Notes under the pieces: model-generated
Told to the model about the DNA's origin: nothing
The model's input: only the letters and a program-made list of their open reading frames with translations
Databases searched by the model: none
Shown: piece by piece, positions 59,576-64,000 of the stretch
Layout: each line of letters starts with the position of its first letter
How positions within the stretch are numbered: the first letter of the stretch is position 1
Source of the DNA: Vulcanimicrobiota bacterium
Lineage (GTDB): Bacteria; Vulcanimicrobiota; Vulcanimicrobiia; Eremiobacterales; Eremiobacteraceae
Assembly: GCA_963812135.1 (NCBI GenBank)
Contig: CAWETU010000001.1
Span: 1 to 64,000 of the forward strand
DNA length: 64,000 nt
Reading direction: 5' to 3'
Position numbers and translations under genes: made by a program

Positions 59576-60351
59576 GAGAGCCGTTCTTCGCCGCCAACTG
59601 GAAGATGTACAAAACCCCGGCGCAGGCTCGCGAGTATGCGACCGCGTTCGTGCCGCTCGCCGACACGTTCCGCGAGCGCGCCGCGATCGTGCTGTGTGCG
59701 CCGTTCATCGATCTCGTGCCCTTGCGCGAAGAGCTGCTGATCGCGGACGCCGACTCGTTTATCGAGGTCGGCGCGCAGGACGTGTTCTGGGAACAAGAGG
59801 GCGCATTCACCGGCGAAGTGAGCCCCGTCATGCTCGCGGGCGAAAGCGTCGAGTACTGCATCGTCGGGCACTCCGAACGACGTCGCATGTTCGGCGAGAC
59901 CGACGAGAGCGTTGCGAAAAAAATCTCGGCGCTGGTGGCCGCCGACATCGTGCCGATCGTTTGCGTCGGCGAGACGCTCGAGGAAAATCGCGCGGGAAAG
60001 ACGCGGGAACGGGTCGGCGTCCAGATCCGCACCGCCCTGGGCCATCTCAGCGACGCCCAGCGTTCGGACAACATCGTGATCGCCTACGAGCCGATCTGGG
60101 CCATCGGAACCGGCTTGGCAGACACGCCTGAAACGTGCGACCTTACCATCGGCTATATCCGGTCATTGGCCGGCGGGCTCGAGAATGCGACCATCCTCTA
60201 CGGCGGTTCGATGAATGTCGAGAACGCGCAGGCCCTATGCGCGTGTCCGAGCGTCGACGGCGGTCTGATCGGCTCGGCAAGTCTCGATCCGGTCAAGTTC
60301 GCGCAACTCGTGACGAACGGGCTGCGGGGTATTGATGCCGCCAACGCCTGA
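59572..60351 (+). CDS. tpiA: Triosephosphate isomerase
   Basis: ANWKM, GAFTGEVS, GHSERR, AYEPIWAIGTG, LYGGS, DGGLIGSASL. Confidence 0.96.
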   Translation: MREPFFAANWKMYKTPAQAREYATAFVPLADTFRERAAIVLCAPFIDLVPLREELLIADADSFIEVGAQDVFWEQEGAFTGEVSPVMLAGESVEYCIVGHSERRRMFGETDESVAKKISALVAADIVPIVCVGETLEENRAGKTRERVGVQIRTALGHLSDAQRSDNIVIAYEPIWAIGTGLADTPETCDLTIGYIRSLAGGLENATILYGGSMNVENAQALCACPSVDGGLIGSASLDPVKFAQLVTNGLRGIDAANA

Positions 60352-61870
60352 CGCGAAGCGCCGGGTCGTGCTCTGCATCCTCGATGGGTTCGGTATCTCG
60401 TCCGAGACGCGCGGCAACGCGATCGCTGCTGCAAAGATGCCGAACTATCGCGCGATGCTGGCGCTCTACCCGCATACGGAGATCGGCGCAGGCGGCGAGG
60501 CCGTCGGGCTGCCGCCCGGACAGCAGGGTAATAGCGAAGTCGGCCATCTGAACCTCGGCGCCGGGCGCGTCGTCTATCAGAGCATCACCCGCATCGATAA
60601 AGCGATCGACGACGGCAGCTTTGCGCGTAACCCCGTCTTGTTGCAATGCCTCGAACACGTCAAACGTACCGGCGGCACGTTCCATCTGTTGGGCTTGGTG
60701 TCGCCCGGCGGCGTGCACGCATCGATGAAACATCTGTGGGCGCTGCTCGACGCGGCCAAACCGACAGGTGCGCGTGTGCGCGTGGCCGCCTTCTTGGATG
60801 GACGCGACACGCCGCCCAAGAGCGCCGGTCCCTATCTCGACTCGCTCGTGAAGAAATGCGCCGAGCTGCCTGATGCGGGCGTTTCGATGATCTGCGGACG
60901 TTACTACGCGATGGATCGCGACAAGCGTTGGGACCGAACCCAGGTGGCGTACGACGCCCTGGTGCGCGGCATCGGGTACACCGCCGCCAACGTCGCCGAC
61001 GCGCTGGGTGCCGCCTACTCGCGCGATGAGACGGACGAGTTCGTCAAGCCGACGTTGATCGGACAAGCCGCGCCGATCGTGCGCAGCGGCGATGCATGTC
61101 TCTTCTTCAACTTCCGGCCCGATCGCGCGCGCGAACTCACGCGCGCGTTCTCAGACCCGGCGTTTTCCGAATTTCCGGTCGAGCATTTCGCCGACTTCAT
61201 CTTCGCCACGATGACGCGCTACGACGATTCGTTCCCGAACCCGGTGATGTTCGGCAGCATCTTCGAGGAGCACACGCTGGGTGAAGTCGTGGCGGACGCG
61301 GGCATGCATCAGCTGCGCCTCGCGGAGACCGAGAAGTACGCGCACGTGACGTACTTCTTCTCGGGCGGGCGCGAGGAGCCATTCGCCGGCGAGGAGCGGA
61401 CGCTGATCCCGTCCGCGCGCGACGTCGGCACTTACGATCACAAGCCCGAGATGCGCGCGCCCGAGATCACCAAAGCCGCCGTCGATGCGATTCATTCGCA
61501 GCGCTACGATCTGATCATCATGAATTACGCCAACCCGGACATGGTGGGCCACACCGGCAAGTGGGAGGCGATCATCACGGCCCTCGAGGTCGTGGACGAT
61601 TGCCTCGGCAAAGTCGAAAAAGCCGCGCTCGACGCGGGCGCGGTGCTGCTCGTCACGGCCGACCATGGCAACGCCGAAGAGAAGATCGATCTGAAGACCG
61701 GCAAAGAGCTCACCGCGCACACGGCCAATCCCGTGCCGCTGGTGCTCGTGGGTGACGGCGCCGGTCCGCTGAAAAGCGGCGGGCGTTTGTGCGACGTCGC
61801 GCCCACCATCTTGCAGCTCATGGGATTACCGCAGCCACCGGAGATGACGGGGCACAGCCTCCTGCCTTAG
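60335..61870 (+). CDS. gpmI: 2,3-bisphosphoglycerate-independent phosphoglycerate mutase
   Basis: ILDGFG, GNSEVGH, DGRDTPP, GRYYAMDRDKRW, FNFRPDRAR, ETEKYAHVT, NPDMVGH, TADHGNAE. Confidence 0.97.
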   Translation: MPPTPDAKRRVVLCILDGFGISSETRGNAIAAAKMPNYRAMLALYPHTEIGAGGEAVGLPPGQQGNSEVGHLNLGAGRVVYQSITRIDKAIDDGSFARNPVLLQCLEHVKRTGGTFHLLGLVSPGGVHASMKHLWALLDAAKPTGARVRVAAFLDGRDTPPKSAGPYLDSLVKKCAELPDAGVSMICGRYYAMDRDKRWDRTQVAYDALVRGIGYTAANVADALGAAYSRDETDEFVKPTLIGQAAPIVRSGDACLFFNFRPDRARELTRAFSDPAFSEFPVEHFADFIFATMTRYDDSFPNPVMFGSIFEEHTLGEVVADAGMHQLRLAETEKYAHVTYFFSGGREEPFAGEERTLIPSARDVGTYDHKPEMRAPEITKAAVDAIHSQRYDLIIMNYANPDMVGHTGKWEAIITALEVVDDCLGKVEKAALDAGAVLLVTADHGNAEEKIDLKTGKELTAHTANPVPLVLVGDGAGPLKSGGRLCDVAPTILQLMGLPQPPEMTGHSLLP

Positions 61871-61988
61871 TCCATGCTGGCAAACTCTGATAGGACGTAG
61901 CACGTCGCCGGGCGGCGGGAAAAGCGCCGATTAACTCTGAACGCGAGCAGCCCTCTACCCGCACCCACAGATCATTGGAGCGTTTCCC

Positions 61989-64000
61989 ATGGATCGTCCT
62001 GCTGAAGACCTGCAGCGAGAAGTACTACCGATTCCGGATCCCGCAATACGTCGGCGTCACGACGTACGACGCGAAAGACCCTGACACGAAATACCCGCCT
62101 ATCCAAGACGTTCGGCCGCCAAAAGGCGCGCCCAACGTCCTCATCGTCCTGATCGACGACGCGGGTTTCGGCTGCTCGAGCGCTTTCGGCGGGCGTCATC
62201 AATACGCCGACCGCCGAGCGGCTGGCGAAGAACGGGCTCAAATACAACCGCTTCCATACGACGGCGTTGTGCTCGCCGACGCGGCAGGCGCTCCTCACCG
62301 GCCGCAATCATCACGCGGTCGGAATGGGCAGCATCACCGAGCTCGCGACGTCGGCACCGGGGTACAATTCGATCCGGCCAAAATCGGCGGCGCCGCTCGC
62401 TGAAACGCTCAAGCTCAACGGCTACTCGACGGCGCAGTTCGGCAAGTGCCATGAGGTGCCGGTGTGGGAGACGAGCCCGATGGGACCGTTCGACCATTGG
62501 CCGTCCGGCAGCGGCTTTGAGCATTTCTACGGCTTCGTCGGCGGCGAAACCAATCAATGGGCGCCGGCGATCTACCAGGACACAGTGCCGATCGAACACC
62601 CGGCGGATCCGGACTACCACTTCACCGTCGACATAACCGACCGCGCCAGGGAATGGGTCGGCCAGCAGCGCGTCCTCATGCCCGACAAACCATTCTTCAT
62701 CTATTTCGCGCCGGGCGCGACCCACGCCCCGCACCACGTGCCCAAGGAATGGGCCGACAAGTACAAAGGCAAGTTCGATCAAGGATGGGACAAACTGCGC
62801 GAGCAGATCTTCGCCCGGCAAAAAGAGCTCGGCGTCATCCCGAAAGATGCCGAATTGACCAAACGGCCCGACGAGATACCCGCTTGGGATGCCGTGGATC
62901 CGAAGATGAAACCGGTCCTCGCGCGCGAGATGGAAGTCTACGCGGGCTTCCTCGAACACGTTGACTATCACGTCGGCCGGCTCATCGACTCGCTTGAAAA
63001 GCTCGAAGTCCTCGACAACACCCTGATCTTCTATATCATCGGAGACAACGGCGCATCCGCCGAAGGCACGCTCAACGGCACGTTCAATGAGATGTTCATG
63101 CTCAACGGGGTCACCGGCATCGAGACGCCCGAGTTCCTGCTCGAGCGTGTCGACGATTTTGGCGGTCCGAAAGCCTACAACCACTACGCCGTCGGGTGGG
63201 CGCACGCGATGGACACGCCGTATCAGTGGACCAAACAGGTCGCGTCGCATTGGGGCGGCACGCGCAACGGCACGATCGTGCACTGGCCGAACGGCATCAA
63301 GTCGAAGGGCGAGATCCGTTCGCAGTTCCACCACGTCATCGACGTCGCTGCGACCGTGCTCGAGGCCGCCAAGCTGCCTCGTCCTGCCTTCGTGAACGGC
63401 ATCCAGCAGATGCCGCTGCACGGCTTCTCGATGATGAATTCGTTCGACGATGCCAAAGCCGCAGACAGCCACGTGACCCAGTACTTCGAGATGTTCGTGA
63501 ACCGCGGCATCTACCACAAGGGATGGACCGCGGTGACGCGCCACAGCACGCCATGGGTCGTGCAGCCGCTGCCCCCGTATGACGCGGACGTCTGGGAATT
63601 ATACGGCCCGGACGACTGGACGCAGTCGAAGAACGTCGCGAAAGACAACCCGGATAAGCTGCGCGACTTGCAACGCCTGTTCCTCATCGAAGCGGCGAAG
63701 TACAACGTGTTGCCGCTCGACGATCGACGCGTCGAACGCTTCAACCCTGACCTCGCCGGCCGGCCGCAGCTCATCCACGGCGACTCGCAGTTGCTGTTCG
63801 GCAGCATGGGGCGCTTGAGCGAGAACTCAATCGTCGTTCTCAAGAACAAGTCGTTCGCGATCACCGCTCAGATCATCGTGCCGGACAAGGGTGCGCAGGG
63901 TGTGATCGTACACCAAGGAGGCCGTTTCGGCGGATGGAGCCTCTACGCGAAGGACGGCAAACTGACGTTTTGCTACAACTGCTTCGGCTGGAAGGTGTTC
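61989..64000 (+). CDS. Arylsulfatase (formylglycine-dependent), two frameshifts (~62043, ~62195), runs off window
   Basis: APNVLIVLIDDAGFG; ALCSPTRQALLTGRNHH (CxPxR); FGKCH; APGATHAPHH; GDNGASAEG; RBS GGAG 61977. Confidence 0.88.

Noticed and set aside
61883..61940. Direct repeat aactctga twice, 50 bp apart, upstream of the sulfatase
   Set aside because: Only two 8-mers, insufficient to call an operator or an array.

Overview
High-GC bacterial chromosomal window. The lineage is probably a diderm Terrabacteria group such as Eremiobacterota; this is inferred from Firmicutes-like gene order plus outer-membrane barrel genes and is not verified. From left to right: a SARP/BTAD-ATPase-TPR regulator divergent from a Pro/Thr-repeat lipoprotein; a minus-strand run of phosphoesterase, larB-larC-larE, Wzx-like flippase, class III aminotransferase and aldehyde dehydrogenase; and a PLP aminotransferase. 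A ~34 kb cell-envelope glycan locus (13.9-47.7 kb) follows. It holds two paralogous LptD-like barrels, MurJ, rmlA/B/D, ugd, uxs, seven GT2/GT4 enzymes, four methyltransferases, three AftD/DUF3367-like GT-C proteins, a myo-inositol-oxygenase-like HD enzyme, a eukaryote-type UDP-pyranose-mutase-like flavoprotein, an O-antigen ligase-like protein and a priming transferase. The window ends with deoB, mfd-prsA-mazG-S4-GT4-whiA-gap-pgk-tpiA-gpmI and a truncated arylsulfatase. The most notable non-gene signals are a 25-bp GTAG/GGAG REP-like palindrome family with covarying stems (3 of 4 copies inside CDSs, compatible with one shared frame) and a 136-bp inverted-repeat element in frame within mfd. About eight frameshifts look like assembly indels. 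No tRNA, rRNA, CRISPR array or transposase was seen. All family calls are from motif recognition by eye, without database searches.
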